Shown here in pieces: positions 17,258-26,442 of a stretch of 64,000 nucleotides of DNA. This DNA is from an uncultured Gammaproteobacteria bacterium (GTDB lineage Bacteria > Patescibacteriota > Microgenomatia > UBA1406 > GWC2-37-13), in NCBI GenBank assembly GCA_964485585.1, contig CAZAJT010000001.1:150-64149 (forward strand). Direction: 5' to 3'. The first letter of the stretch is position 1. Every line of letters starts with the position of its first letter. The position numbers were made by a program, and so were the translations under genes. The notes beneath the pieces are model-generated. The model saw only the letters and a list, made by a program, of their open reading frames with translations. It made no database searches and had not been told where the DNA came from.

Positions 17258-17326
17258 GGATTAATTCTATCATAAAAGCCGTTAAATTCAATGAAGCGTT
17301 AATAGGGTGTAGTCGCAATATTTTGT

Positions 17327-18028
17327 TTATTCTTCTTTGACTTCTTTCGCTTGTTCTGCAGGTGCGGTAGGGGTTTCTCCTTCTTGCTCTTCTTCAGGTT
17401 TTTCTATAACTTCAGGCGCAGCTACTGCTGTTTCCGGTGTAATACTCTCTTCTTTATGAGCTATGATAGATACGATGATGGTTTCCGGATCTTGCTTAAT
17501 TTCATAATCTGGTGATTTCGGTAGATCTGCAATTTTGATATCTTGTCCAAGTTCTTGAATACGAGCAACATCAATGGTGATATGTTGGGGAATATTTTGA
17601 GGAAGTGCTTCGACAGTAAGATGTTCATGCTGTTTGAGCAGCACCCCTCCCAGTTGTGTAACCGCAACAGATTCTCCAACAATCTCAATCGGGACTTCTG
17701 TCTCAATTTTCTGTTTTAAGTCTATTTTTCTGAAATCCACATGAAGAATTTGATTCGTGACTGGATGATACTGTACGCTACGAATCAGTGTTGGGATAGA
17801 CTGAGAGTCAAGGTTGAGGTATATAATGCCTGTTTCGTGGGCAATTTTATATGCTTGGATAAAATCTTTGAAGGGTGTACTGATCGAGATTGAAGTGAAT
17901 CCCGTGCCAAAAATATTTGCTGGAATCAAAGCGTTCTTTCTTAACTGTTTTACCTTCTTGCCAACAATATCTCGCTTTTGAACGCTTAGCGTCACAGGTT
18001 CTTCCTTACTTTTTTTCTGTCGTGGCAT
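17327..18028 (-). CDS. rplY: 50S ribosomal protein L25/general stress protein Ctc
   Basis: RKNALIPANIFG..HPVTNQILHVDF plus a long acidic C-terminal tail, typical of the Ctc form. Confidence 0.8.
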   Translation of the reverse strand: MPRQKKSKEEPVTLSVQKRDIVGKKVKQLRKNALIPANIFGTGFTSISISTPFKDFIQAYKIAHETGIIYLNLDSQSIPTLIRSVQYHPVTNQILHVDFRKIDLKQKIETEVPIEIVGESVAVTQLGGVLLKQHEHLTVEALPQNIPQHITIDVARIQELGQDIKIADLPKSPDYEIKQDPETIIVSIIAHKEESITPETAVAAPEVIEKPEEEQEGETPTAPAEQAKEVKEE

Positions 18029-18029
18029 A

Positions 18030-20297
18030 CTATTCTTTTACTAAATCAATAAAAAATATTTTGTCTGCCGATAGAACCGTATTATATATGATTGCGTTCC
18101 CTTTCACAAGTGGAGAAAAGTTTTGATTCGTAATGAAAATATTATTCGGTAGGGTAATTTTTAAGTTGAGATCCGAGTTTGGCGAACCAATCTGTTTTTG
18201 TACGATGAGTTGATACGCTCCTTGACCTGATCGTATTGATGGGGGTAGCTGATAGGTAAGAGATACCGTTGTCTCCGACTGTGGCTTTATTTCAATATAC
18301 ATCCCCAGAGTTTTATAAAGATCTGTCCGTTCGTCAAATTCTTCTACTAATGTATCGTTTTTTGTAATATTTTTTATGCTGGCTGTTTTTGGCAGGACAA
18401 TCTGAAAATAGTTTTTATAGGTTCCCCCGGGAAACACTGCGTTGGGCGAATCGTTTTTGAACACAATAGTTAATAGATTTTTAATACTGCTGTCGGAATT
18501 CAGTCTTATTTCTAAATTATAGGTTCTTGTAACAAAAAAGTTTGCTTTGTTTACCCCAAGATTCGCGTCTACCGGAAACAGATAATCTACCGTGCAATTC
18601 TTTGAAGAAGATGCGCAGGTCGGTACGATCATTTCTCCCGACCAGTACAGCGAATTAACAGTTTCCTGGAGATTCTGATCTTCAAAATAGAGAGCGGCTT
18701 GCTTTTCATCCAAGGTTTTTCTTAATGCTTGAAGCACCTGTGGCAGCTGCGTCTGTTCAAGGCTGATCAGTATCTGATTCACGACAGATGAGAGGAATTG
18801 TTTTTTTTGTAAAGAACCGGGAAAGAAATCTTTCTCAGCGTAGAGTTGAGCCTTCAGGTAAAAGTTATCTTTATTGATCGTTTCTCTAAAATCGGGAATG
18901 TACAGACTGCCAATAGCAGATAATAGATTTTGTATTGCGCTTGTGGTGATAATGATTCCCCCGTCAAACCGGGAAGTTTCGAATTCCTTACTCAGGAAAT
19001 TAACTGCCTCGAGGTAGTTTGTCCGAAAATCTGGAGAAAACGCCGAGTCTCTCAAAAACCAATGAGGTTGATTGAGGTACTTTATAATAGCTTTTGGTGG
19101 CGTTATATGTACCTTTAACTGTCCATCCGCGTCATACACATCGTATACCTGCAATTTCTGCACGGTCAGGTCTTTCACCGTAAGTATGCCGAATGATCCG
19201 ATAAATCCCCCACCCGGGCGTATCTCCATATTATTTGCAAAAAGCAGTAAATATTGTTTTTCCGAATCTTTGGCGAGAATCTGATTGGCAAATGGGATAA
19301 ATTTTCTGAAAGTATTTATGAGCTCTGAAGTATCTTTCACCATTTTTTTTTGTTTCCTTAGACTACTATTCCATTCGGGTAGTTTTTGATATACAATAGA
19401 GAGATTTTCTTCAATGCTATCGATCTCCTTGGAGAGTTTGGTTACGCTATGAAGAATCTGTTCTTTTTCCTCGATCGTTTTATCTTTTTTTAAAGCGAGA
19501 GAAAGCAGGAGGGATCCGTCTTTTGAAAGCTGCTGAGCATGATAAAACGCTTTCGACGCTCGTTTGTTTGCCTCAATAAGGTTGTCAGGAAAAATAACGA
19601 TGCCAAATAATAGGAGGGTCGGTCGTGCAAACATATAGAGGCTTTCACTGACTGCGAGCGCACTCTGCGCTTTTTTGGCAGCAGCAGTGGCAGCATCTAT
19701 TTGTCCATTTTTTAGTATCTTATTCGCTGCGCGAATATTGAACAGTGTCGCATACAAAAGCGGAAAGATAAATAATGAATGAAGCGTGAAAATAAAGAAT
19801 ACAATCGTAAACACGATTGTTCTTGTTTGAAAAAAACTCCACGACCGACGTGATGTGTTTTTTTTCTGCAGCTTTACAGTCTCAATCAAATGCATTGATA
19901 ATAAAACTTCCGTAGTTCGCGCAAATGAAAACCATAGTATTCTTTCAATCTCATTACTCGTAATTGCTTCAGGATGCTTAATACTGATTACTTTTATAGT
20001 AGTTCTCGCATGCGTCTGGATATAATTAGTCAGATGGAGTGCTTTAGCGTGGTTATCCACCACTATGAATACAATCTTTTTCCCCGTTTGATCTATAAGG
20101 GTATTAATGAAGTGAGGGTTGTTCACAACATAAAAAACATCAAACTGATTTACAGTTTCTGGTAGATGAGGAGAAACGAATACCTCATTGTCAAACTTCT
20201 TAAGCTGATTTTTTAATTCTTCGAGGAAGAAATAGTGGCTATTACCGACTATAAGTATTTGCTGTTTTTTTTTTAGCATTTCGGTTTTTAACTTCAT
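18030..20297 (-). CDS. DUF4012-domain membrane protein
   Basis: The LLLFANNMEIRPGGGFIGSFGILTV motif is characteristic of DUF4012. It is 755 aa with an internal TM region. Confidence 0.7.
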   Translation of the reverse strand: MKLKTEMLKKKQQILIVGNSHYFFLEELKNQLKKFDNEVFVSPHLPETVNQFDVFYVVNNPHFINTLIDQTGKKIVFIVVDNHAKALHLTNYIQTHARTTIKVISIKHPEAITSNEIERILWFSFARTTEVLLSMHLIETVKLQKKNTSRRSWSFFQTRTIVFTIVFFIFTLHSLFIFPLLYATLFNIRAANKILKNGQIDAATAAAKKAQSALAVSESLYMFARPTLLLFGIVIFPDNLIEANKRASKAFYHAQQLSKDGSLLLSLALKKDKTIEEKEQILHSVTKLSKEIDSIEENLSIVYQKLPEWNSSLRKQKKMVKDTSELINTFRKFIPFANQILAKDSEKQYLLLFANNMEIRPGGGFIGSFGILTVKDLTVQKLQVYDVYDADGQLKVHITPPKAIIKYLNQPHWFLRDSAFSPDFRTNYLEAVNFLSKEFETSRFDGGIIITTSAIQNLLSAIGSLYIPDFRETINKDNFYLKAQLYAEKDFFPGSLQKKQFLSSVVNQILISLEQTQLPQVLQALRKTLDEKQAALYFEDQNLQETVNSLYWSGEMIVPTCASSSKNCTVDYLFPVDANLGVNKANFFVTRTYNLEIRLNSDSSIKNLLTIVFKNDSPNAVFPGGTYKNYFQIVLPKTASIKNITKNDTLVEEFDERTDLYKTLGMYIEIKPQSETTVSLTYQLPPSIRSGQGAYQLIVQKQIGSPNSDLNLKITLPNNIFITNQNFSPLVKGNAIIYNTVLSADKIFFIDLVKE

Positions 20298-20324
20298 AGG
20301 TTGATTATATTGTATAATTAAGAA

Positions 20325-20807
20325 ATGACAAAAAAAATCTACGGTTATAATGAGTTGCTACTTCTCACTATAAAACAATCATCAAAAAAATTAGTGCTTG
20401 TCGGTGGATGCTTCGACATTTTTCACTATGGACATCTGAGATTCTTATATGAAGCAAGGCGGGTCGGTGATGCATTAGTTGTTGCGCTTGAATCAGATGA
20501 CTTCATTCGTATCCGCAAACAGCGAGAACCTATACATACGCAAGAACAACGAGCAGAGATTCTAGCCTCTCTAGATATAGTAGATTTCATAGTGCTCCTC
20601 CCATTTTTTAGTGGATATTCGGACTATTTAGCCTTTATTCAACAAATCAAACCATCTATTATTGCAGTGACCGATCAAGATCCAAATAGAGAAGAAAAAC
20701 AACGCCAGGCTGAAAGTGTCGGTGCAAAGCTCGAAGTCGTTTGTCCGCTTATTCTTACTCCATCAACTACTTCTATTATTCGCTATGCGTCTATTTTTAG
20801 CAATTAA
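20325..20807 (+). CDS. cytidylyl/adenylyltransferase-family protein (HxGH nucleotidyltransferase)
   Basis: VLVGGCFDIFHYGHLRFLYEARRVGDALVVALESD resembles the RfaE-II/TagD/RibL-type fold. Confidence 0.75.
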   Translation: MTKKIYGYNELLLLTIKQSSKKLVLVGGCFDIFHYGHLRFLYEARRVGDALVVALESDDFIRIRKQREPIHTQEQRAEILASLDIVDFIVLLPFFSGYSDYLAFIQQIKPSIIAVTDQDPNREEKQRQAESVGAKLEVVCPLILTPSTTSIIRYASIFSN

Positions 20808-21318
20808 TTTGCCTGAAAAAGTAAAACGTAGTTTAGATTTACAGATTGCAGATATTAAAAGGGAGTATAGGGCATTCAACTGGATTCCGTCTGAAAACTA
20901 TCACATCACGCTCCATTTTTTTGGCGACGTTGCTCCCGCGGCACGCATCGCCCATATACTGGAAGAACTACTTTATGATATGAAATCATTTTATCTCTAT
21001 TCTCATATTTGTGATCTTTTCATGAATCACAAAATCACTCTTTATGTTGGTTTCAGAAGAGATAGAAATCTTGAGATCGCCGTACATACAATTAAGGATT
21101 ACTTTAATAGTAAAGATACTAATAAGTTTGTGCCGCATCTTACGATAGCCCGCTACAAAATACCTTCAAAACAGCAGTATTTATTACTGAAAAAGAAGCT
21201 TCATGCTGTTCCCGTAGAGCTGGAGTTTGCTGTGAAAAAACTGACTCTTTTTGAGACTATTGCGACAACGAAAAAACCTACATATACAAGGGTTGCAGAA
21301 TTTACACTGGTACAATAA
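20785..21318 (+). CDS. thpR: RNA 2',3'-cyclic phosphodiesterase (2H/LigT family)
   Basis: MRLFLAINLP.. with two HxT/S motifs (YHITLHFFG, VPHLTIARYK). The longer track ORF start at 20716 overlaps the previous gene and is unlikely. Confidence 0.8.
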   Translation: MRLFLAINLPEKVKRSLDLQIADIKREYRAFNWIPSENYHITLHFFGDVAPAARIAHILEELLYDMKSFYLYSHICDLFMNHKITLYVGFRRDRNLEIAVHTIKDYFNSKDTNKFVPHLTIARYKIPSKQQYLLLKKKLHAVPVELEFAVKKLTLFETIATTKKPTYTRVAEFTLVQ

Positions 21319-21336
21319 ATAATCTCGAGCTATATT

Positions 21337-21416
21337 TGTCATCCCGAACGCAGTGAGGGATCCCCTTACCAATACGTTAGCCTTAATAGGATTTCTCACT
21401 CCGCTCGGAATGACAC
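21337..21416. repeat. nested-hairpin MITE/REP-like element, copy B
   Basis: TGTCATCCCGAACGCAGTGAGGGATCCCC ... GGATTTCTCACTCCGCTCGGAATGACA. It is embedded in a further perfect 13-bp inverted repeat, AAATAATCTCGAG (21317-21329) / CTCGAGATTATTT (21424-21436). Confidence 0.75.
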
Positions 21417-21456
21417 TGTGTAGTCTCGAGATTATTTATTATGGTTTTTTGTTAAA

Positions 21457-21600
21457 TTATGCTGCTACGAATTTCGTCATACCGGTTCCACAATCCGGAC
21501 AGGTTGCCCTCAGCATTGGTTTACCATTTTTCGCTGTTTCCTTTCTCGTATTTTCAACCTCTTTTTTCGCTCGGCATTTTACACAATACATAGTTGTCAT
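21457..21600 (-). CDS. small zinc-ribbon protein (DUF5679-like), absent from the ORF track
   Basis: The minus strand reads GGGAGGTGATTTACT-ATG, then MTTMYCVKCRAKKEVENTRKETAKNGKPMLRATCPDCGTGMTKFVAA*. It has a strong SD, two CxxC pairs, and resembles the DUF5679 pattern. Confidence 0.7.
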   Translation of the reverse strand: MTTMYCVKCRAKKEVENTRKETAKNGKPMLRATCPDCGTGMTKFVAA

Positions 21601-21633
21601 AGTAAATCACCTCCCTTCACCGACAATTATTAA

Positions 21634-21858
21634 TCATTGCATTCTCAAGATCCGAAAAATATAATTACCCATACTAACAAAATAAAGGAGAATTTCAATA
21701 GCAAATAGTATTATAATAATCAAGAGACTTCTTTTTAAATCATGCGCAAAGAAGTTTTTTCCCGTGCTGTTTAATGGAACAGATTGTGTAGTCTGAAGCA
21801 ATTTTGCTTTTTTTCTCATCTGAGTTTTCATTTTATCTCTTTTTGTTTTAGCAGGCAT
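21634..21858 (-). CDS. small basic N-terminus + single-TM protein
   Basis: A 74-aa ORF reading MPAKTKRDKMKTQMRKKAK.. followed by LLIIIILFAIEILLYFV. Confidence 0.45.
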   Translation of the reverse strand: MPAKTKRDKMKTQMRKKAKLLQTTQSVPLNSTGKNFFAHDLKRSLLIIIILFAIEILLYFVSMGNYIFRILRMQ

Positions 21859-21881
21859 AGAATCTTATCATTCTAACCATA

Positions 21882-21910
21882 TTGACAGTGTTTTGTAAAG
21901 AGGTTACAAT
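21882..21910 (+). promoter_or_regulatory. sigma70-type promoter of the DUF4446 gene
   Basis: TTGACA (21882-21887), a 17-nt spacer, then TACAAT (21905-21910). The ATG at 21919 is only 8 nt further. Confidence 0.6.
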
Positions 21911-21918
21911 GATGAGCA

Positions 21919-22374
21919 ATGTATGGTTATACACTTGGGGCCATTGTTTTTTTGTGGCTTTTATTTTTAAGCTTTTTGGTATATAAGGCCCGGAGCCACT
22001 ATTATACTTTAAGTCAACGCACAAAACGCCAGAGCATTGACGACATTCTAGATGCGATTTTGGAACGCTCGGCAAAACTTGAGAAGGAGATCGAACACAC
22101 CAAGAAAATGATTGATCAAATACAAGAAGATTCACAGTGTCATTTTCGGAAGCTGGGAATAGTAAGATTCAACCCGTTTGGTAGAACAAGTAGTGATCAA
22201 AGTTTTGTTATCGCTCTCCTCGATAAGACAGATAGAGGAGTTACCATCAATTTTATTTACACTCATGAGGGAATAAGGGTATATGCAAAAACAATAAAAG
22301 ATGGGAAAGGTGAAAAGTACGTCTTATCAGAAGAAGAACAAAAAGCGATCAAACATGCCCACACTATTCTGTAA
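21919..22374 (+). CDS. DUF4446-family protein
   Basis: An N-terminal TM, a coiled coil, then LGIVRFNPFGRTSSDQSFVIALLDKTDRGVTINFIYTHEGIRVYAK..LSEEEQKAI. Confidence 0.65.
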   Translation: MYGYTLGAIVFLWLLFLSFLVYKARSHYYTLSQRTKRQSIDDILDAILERSAKLEKEIEHTKKMIDQIQEDSQCHFRKLGIVRFNPFGRTSSDQSFVIALLDKTDRGVTINFIYTHEGIRVYAKTIKDGKGEKYVLSEEEQKAIKHAHTIL

Positions 22375-22486
22375 TTAATGTTAGAATGATGTAATATTTA
22401 CTACACACGGTACGCAAAATATTTTTGCACTGGTGTAGTTAACAAGAGAATAGTGTTTTTTTGTTATTAGAAATTAATTTAAGAGT

Positions 22487-23638
22487 ATGTTGAATAATAA
22501 ACTAGCATATGGACTGGCAGTTGTGCTCCTTGCAATTTCTTTTTATGGCTCTTATTCGTTTTTTCTCACTAGTAAAAGCAAGGAACCGATGTCGCCCCTT
22601 ACGAAACAACCTACAACCGCAGAGATTGATGTAAATGAGCCAAAAACTGAAGAGTGTCCGATGAATGGACAACTATTTTCAAAATCCCAAAAGAAAATAT
22701 GGGAGAAACGCAGACCCCTTGGAATTATGATTGAAAATTCAACTGACGCACGTCCCCAATCAGGATTATCATCTGCTGACATAATCTACGAGATAGTGGC
22801 GGAGGGTGGTATTACGAGATTTCTTACAATATTTTATTGTCAAGACGCTAAGTTTGTAGGACCGGTTCGTTCTGCACGGATTTACTTTCTCACATTGCTT
22901 CAAGAATACGGTCAGCATCCTCTCTATGCGCATGTGGGGGGGGCAAATACAGATGGTCCGGCAGACGCTTTAGGTCAAATTGAAGCGCTGGGTTGGGCTG
23001 GATTTAATGACTTAAATCAATTTTCCGTCCCATTTCCAAACTTCTGGAGAGACTATGATCGGTTGCCAAATCGTGCCACTGAACATACCGTGTATACCGC
23101 AACCTCTAAGCTATGGTCGTATGCAAAGTCTAAACGCGATCTTACCGAGGTAGATAGCAAAAATAAACCATGGGATGCGCTCTTTAAAAAATGGCAATTC
23201 AAGGATGATGCGAAATTAGGTAATCGGGGAGAAGATGGTGGTAAAGTGAGCTTTGGTTTCTGGACAGCGTTTGCCAACGATTATGCGGTAACATGGACGT
23301 ATAATAGGACGAACAATACGTACACGAGAGAAAATGGCGGCGTTTTGCATCTCGATAAGAATACCGGGAAAGCGTTGGAATCAAAAAACGTTATCGTAAT
23401 CTTTTCAGAGGAGTCACCGGCGAATGATGGATATCCGGGAGGTCATTTACTCTACGAATTGACTGGGAAAGGTGATGCGATTGTATTTAAGAATGGGGTA
23501 GCAACAAAAGTAACATGGAATAAGAAAAACGAAAAGTCACGGATGATTTTTACCGATCTTTCGGGAGACCCGGTTTCTTTTGTGCGTGGGCAGATATTCG
23601 TTGAGGTTTTGCCAACAGAAAACAAAGTGACGTACTAA
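22487..23638 (+). CDS. DUF3048-domain protein (secreted/anchored)
   Basis: RPLGIMIENSTDARPQSGLSSADIIYEIVAEGGITRFLTIF is the DUF3048 signature. Confidence 0.7.
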   Translation: MLNNKLAYGLAVVLLAISFYGSYSFFLTSKSKEPMSPLTKQPTTAEIDVNEPKTEECPMNGQLFSKSQKKIWEKRRPLGIMIENSTDARPQSGLSSADIIYEIVAEGGITRFLTIFYCQDAKFVGPVRSARIYFLTLLQEYGQHPLYAHVGGANTDGPADALGQIEALGWAGFNDLNQFSVPFPNFWRDYDRLPNRATEHTVYTATSKLWSYAKSKRDLTEVDSKNKPWDALFKKWQFKDDAKLGNRGEDGGKVSFGFWTAFANDYAVTWTYNRTNNTYTRENGGVLHLDKNTGKALESKNVIVIFSEESPANDGYPGGHLLYELTGKGDAIVFKNGVATKVTWNKKNEKSRMIFTDLSGDPVSFVRGQIFVEVLPTENKVTY

Positions 23639-23640
23639 TT

Positions 23641-24216
23641 ATGCTTGAACACATCATTCCGTCAAAGACGAGGAGGAAGATTCTTGAGCTCTTCTTTCAT
23701 CATCCTCATGATAGTTATTACTTAAGAAAAATAGTGCGAGACGTATCAGAAGAAGTTAACGCAGTGAAAAGGGAGTTGGATATATTGTTTGAAGAAAAAG
23801 TTTTACAACGAGAAAAAAGACTTAATAAAGTGTTCTATACATTAGATAAGCACTTTCCTTATTATGAAGAATTCTTGAGAATTTTCAGTAAGACAAATAC
23901 GCTTGCTAAAGCAATCTATAAGGTTCTTCCTAAGCTTGGTAAGGTGAAATTCATAGCGCTTTCATCAAAATTCGTAAAGAAGATTCCTATAAAAGAAGAT
24001 GAGATATACCTTCTCTGCGTTGGTGTTGTTGTACTGCCAGAGCTTGCATCAATCGTAGACAACGTTGAGGAAGGATTTGGAAGAGAGATCAATTATACGG
24101 TTATGAACGAAGAAGAATTTGCATATAGGAAAAAAGGCAATGACCCTTTTTTATGGAGATTTTTAAGGTACCCGAAAATAATGCTAGTTGGCGCTGAAGA
24201 GGAATTAATGAAATGA
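23641..24216 (+). CDS. winged-helix (ArsR-like) transcriptional regulator-like protein
   Basis: The N-terminus KTRRKILELFFHHPHDSYYLRKIVRDVSEEVNAVKRELDIL is wHTH-like. The remainder is unassigned. Confidence 0.5.
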   Translation: MLEHIIPSKTRRKILELFFHHPHDSYYLRKIVRDVSEEVNAVKRELDILFEEKVLQREKRLNKVFYTLDKHFPYYEEFLRIFSKTNTLAKAIYKVLPKLGKVKFIALSSKFVKKIPIKEDEIYLLCVGVVVLPELASIVDNVEEGFGREINYTVMNEEEFAYRKKGNDPFLWRFLRYPKIMLVGAEEELMK

Positions 24217-25481
24217 AAGGGTTACTTTACCTGCTTGTTCTAATACTTCTGGCTGCTATTATTTGGATAGATTTTCCACAGGATAAAAAGATAGGACAAA
24301 AAGAAATTAAAACGCATCTCGGTCTTGATTTACAAGGTGGCAGCCATCTTCTTTTTGAAGCGGATATTTCAAAACTGTCTCCTCAAGATCGTGAAGAAGC
24401 ACTCAATTCCGCAAAAGATATTATAGAACGAAGGGTAAATTTTTTTGGGGTGTCTGAACCAACCGTTCAAACCATTACCGCTGGCAAAACATATAGAATT
24501 TCGGTAGATTTACCTGGAATTACGAATACCGATGAAGCGATTCAATTAATTGGACAGACCGCACAGTTAGAATTTGTTGAGGAGGCGACGGGTGACGCAC
24601 AGCTCGCTACCGCTCCGGCTTTGCTACGACTCACCAAACGGACTGGACTTACCGGCAAAGACGTAAAGAAAGCGGGCGTTTCTTTTGATAATCAGACAGG
24701 TGAACCGCAAGTAGGTTTGTCTTTTAGCTCTGAAGGCACAAAAAAATTTGCAGCTATCACCAGCAGAAATGTAGGAAAACAGGTGGGAATATTCATTGAT
24801 AATTTTCCTATTTCAGCGCCAGTAGTTGAGCAGCCGATTATCGGCGGTGACGCCGTGATTCGAGGAAAATTTACTATTGATGAAGCAAAAAAGCTTGCGA
24901 TTGCAATCAATAGCGGTGCTCTCCCGGTACCAATCAAACTCATTGAGCAAAGAAATATCGGGCCGACCTTAGGAGCAATAGAAGTGAAAAAAAGTGTGTA
25001 TGCGGGGATTGTGGGGCTTATCATGGTGATGTTATTTATGATTCTCTACTATAAAAAACTCGGCTTGGTTGCCTGCATCGCGCTTATTATTTACGGGTTA
25101 CTATCCCTTGCGATTTTTAAATCGATTCCCATTGTTTTGACATTACCGGGAGTAGCCGGATTTATTTTATCAATTGGTATGGCGGTTGACGCTAATATAC
25201 TCATTTTTGAACGGATCAAAGAAGAATTGCGCAAAGGAAGAGATTTTGATATTGCGCTCCGATTAGGTTTTGGGCGGGCAATTGATGCAATTAAAGACGC
25301 GAATATCACGACACTCCTTGTTGCATTTATTTTATTTAATCCGCTCAATTGGAATTTTCTTCCCCAATCTGGATTAGTACGGGGATTTGCATTGACACTT
25401 GCAATTGGAGTATTAATGAGTTTGTTCACGGGGATTTTTATAACAAGGAGACTTATTCGACTGGTTTATAAGGTTACTTAG
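24213..25481 (+). CDS. secD: protein translocase subunit SecD
   Basis: LGLDLQGG, IIERRVN.FGVSEP, GPTLG, and a C-terminal 6-TM domain with AVDANILIFERIKEE. Confidence 0.92.
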   Translation: MKGLLYLLVLILLAAIIWIDFPQDKKIGQKEIKTHLGLDLQGGSHLLFEADISKLSPQDREEALNSAKDIIERRVNFFGVSEPTVQTITAGKTYRISVDLPGITNTDEAIQLIGQTAQLEFVEEATGDAQLATAPALLRLTKRTGLTGKDVKKAGVSFDNQTGEPQVGLSFSSEGTKKFAAITSRNVGKQVGIFIDNFPISAPVVEQPIIGGDAVIRGKFTIDEAKKLAIAINSGALPVPIKLIEQRNIGPTLGAIEVKKSVYAGIVGLIMVMLFMILYYKKLGLVACIALIIYGLLSLAIFKSIPIVLTLPGVAGFILSIGMAVDANILIFERIKEELRKGRDFDIALRLGFGRAIDAIKDANITTLLVAFILFNPLNWNFLPQSGLVRGFALTLAIGVLMSLFTGIFITRRLIRLVYKVT

Positions 25482-25560
25482 TTAGTTGGTTACTTGGTTA
25501 GTTAGTCATAAGATTATTGATACTATCAAGTAACTAAGTAACTAAACAACTAACTAACCC
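25472..25560. repeat. GTTA-word imperfect hairpin between secD and secF
   Basis: The left arm is GGTTACTTAGTTAGTTGGTTACTTGGTTAGTTAGTC (it includes the secD stop) and the right arm is CAAGTAACTAAGTAACTAAACAACTAACTAACCC. About 80 percent of positions pair. Confidence 0.65.
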
Positions 25561-25571
25561 ATTAAAGACAT

Positions 25572-26438
25572 ATGATACATTTTCTAAAATATCGCTGGAT
25601 TTACGCTGTTATCTCTGGTGTTGTTATTGGTGTCGGATTGTTTTCAGTATTAAGATGGGGATTCATATATTCGGTGGACTTCGTTGGTGGTACTTACCTA
25701 CAATATAGCCTGAAAAATCCAATTGCTCTAGAGAAGGTGAAGCAAATTGCCGGTACAAACTCGATTGAGGTTCTATCTGTTGCTTTTGAGAAGAATGTAT
25801 TAATCTTGAGAACAAAAGCGCTCCCTGAAGGAAAAGAGTCGCAATTTCGCAATACACTTGAGAAAGAATCAAAGAATTTGGTGACCCCGCTAAGATCTGA
25901 AACTGTCGGGCCGGTACTGGGAGCTGAGATGATTCGTAAAACGATTGTTGCCGCACTTATTGGGGTCGTTGGCATTCTTCTTTATATGAGCTTTGCTTTT
26001 AAGGGATTTACGTTTGCGATCGCTGCGATTATCGCGCTTCTCCACGACGTACTCGTTGTTGTTGGTTCATACTCATTGCTGTCACACTTCTTTGGTGCAC
26101 AGCTTGATACGTTGTTTGTGACTGCAATGTTAACAACCATGTCTTTTTCAGTCCATGATACAATCGTTATTTTTGATAAAATCCGCGAATACTTTTCCAA
26201 AGAGGGGAAAAGCGAGATCGAGTACTATGCCAATAGAGCGCTTACCGAAACGCTGGTACGGTCAATTAATAATTCCATGACGATCGTGTTTATGCTGTTG
26301 GCATTACTTCTTCTGGGTGGATCAACGATTCGTTTCTTTGTCGCGGCTCTTCTGATCGGCACCATTACCGGTACCTATTCTTCTCCATTTGTTGCTACTC
26401 CAATCGTCGTTTGGTTTGAGAAAATGAAAAAACGATAA
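25572..26438 (+). CDS. secF: protein translocase subunit SecF
   Basis: DFVGGT, VGPVLG, and SVHDTIVIFDKIRE with a 6-TM topology. Confidence 0.92.
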   Translation: MIHFLKYRWIYAVISGVVIGVGLFSVLRWGFIYSVDFVGGTYLQYSLKNPIALEKVKQIAGTNSIEVLSVAFEKNVLILRTKALPEGKESQFRNTLEKESKNLVTPLRSETVGPVLGAEMIRKTIVAALIGVVGILLYMSFAFKGFTFAIAAIIALLHDVLVVVGSYSLLSHFFGAQLDTLFVTAMLTTMSFSVHDTIVIFDKIREYFSKEGKSEIEYYANRALTETLVRSINNSMTIVFMLLALLLLGGSTIRFFVAALLIGTITGTYSSPFVATPIVVWFEKMKKR

Positions 26439-26442
26439 GATT

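Noticed and set aside
21353-21664. Track ORF (+, 103 aa) across the ligT/DUF5679 intergenic region
   Set aside because: It starts inside repeat element copy B and is antisense to a small gene with a strong SD and a recognisable zinc-ribbon pattern.
22399-22440. Composite hairpin ACTACAC..GCAAAAT/ATTTTTGC..GTGTAGT after the DUF4446 gene as an intrinsic terminator
   Set aside because: The stem is plausible, but the T-run is 20 nt away from the stem base. I did not list it as a terminator feature.
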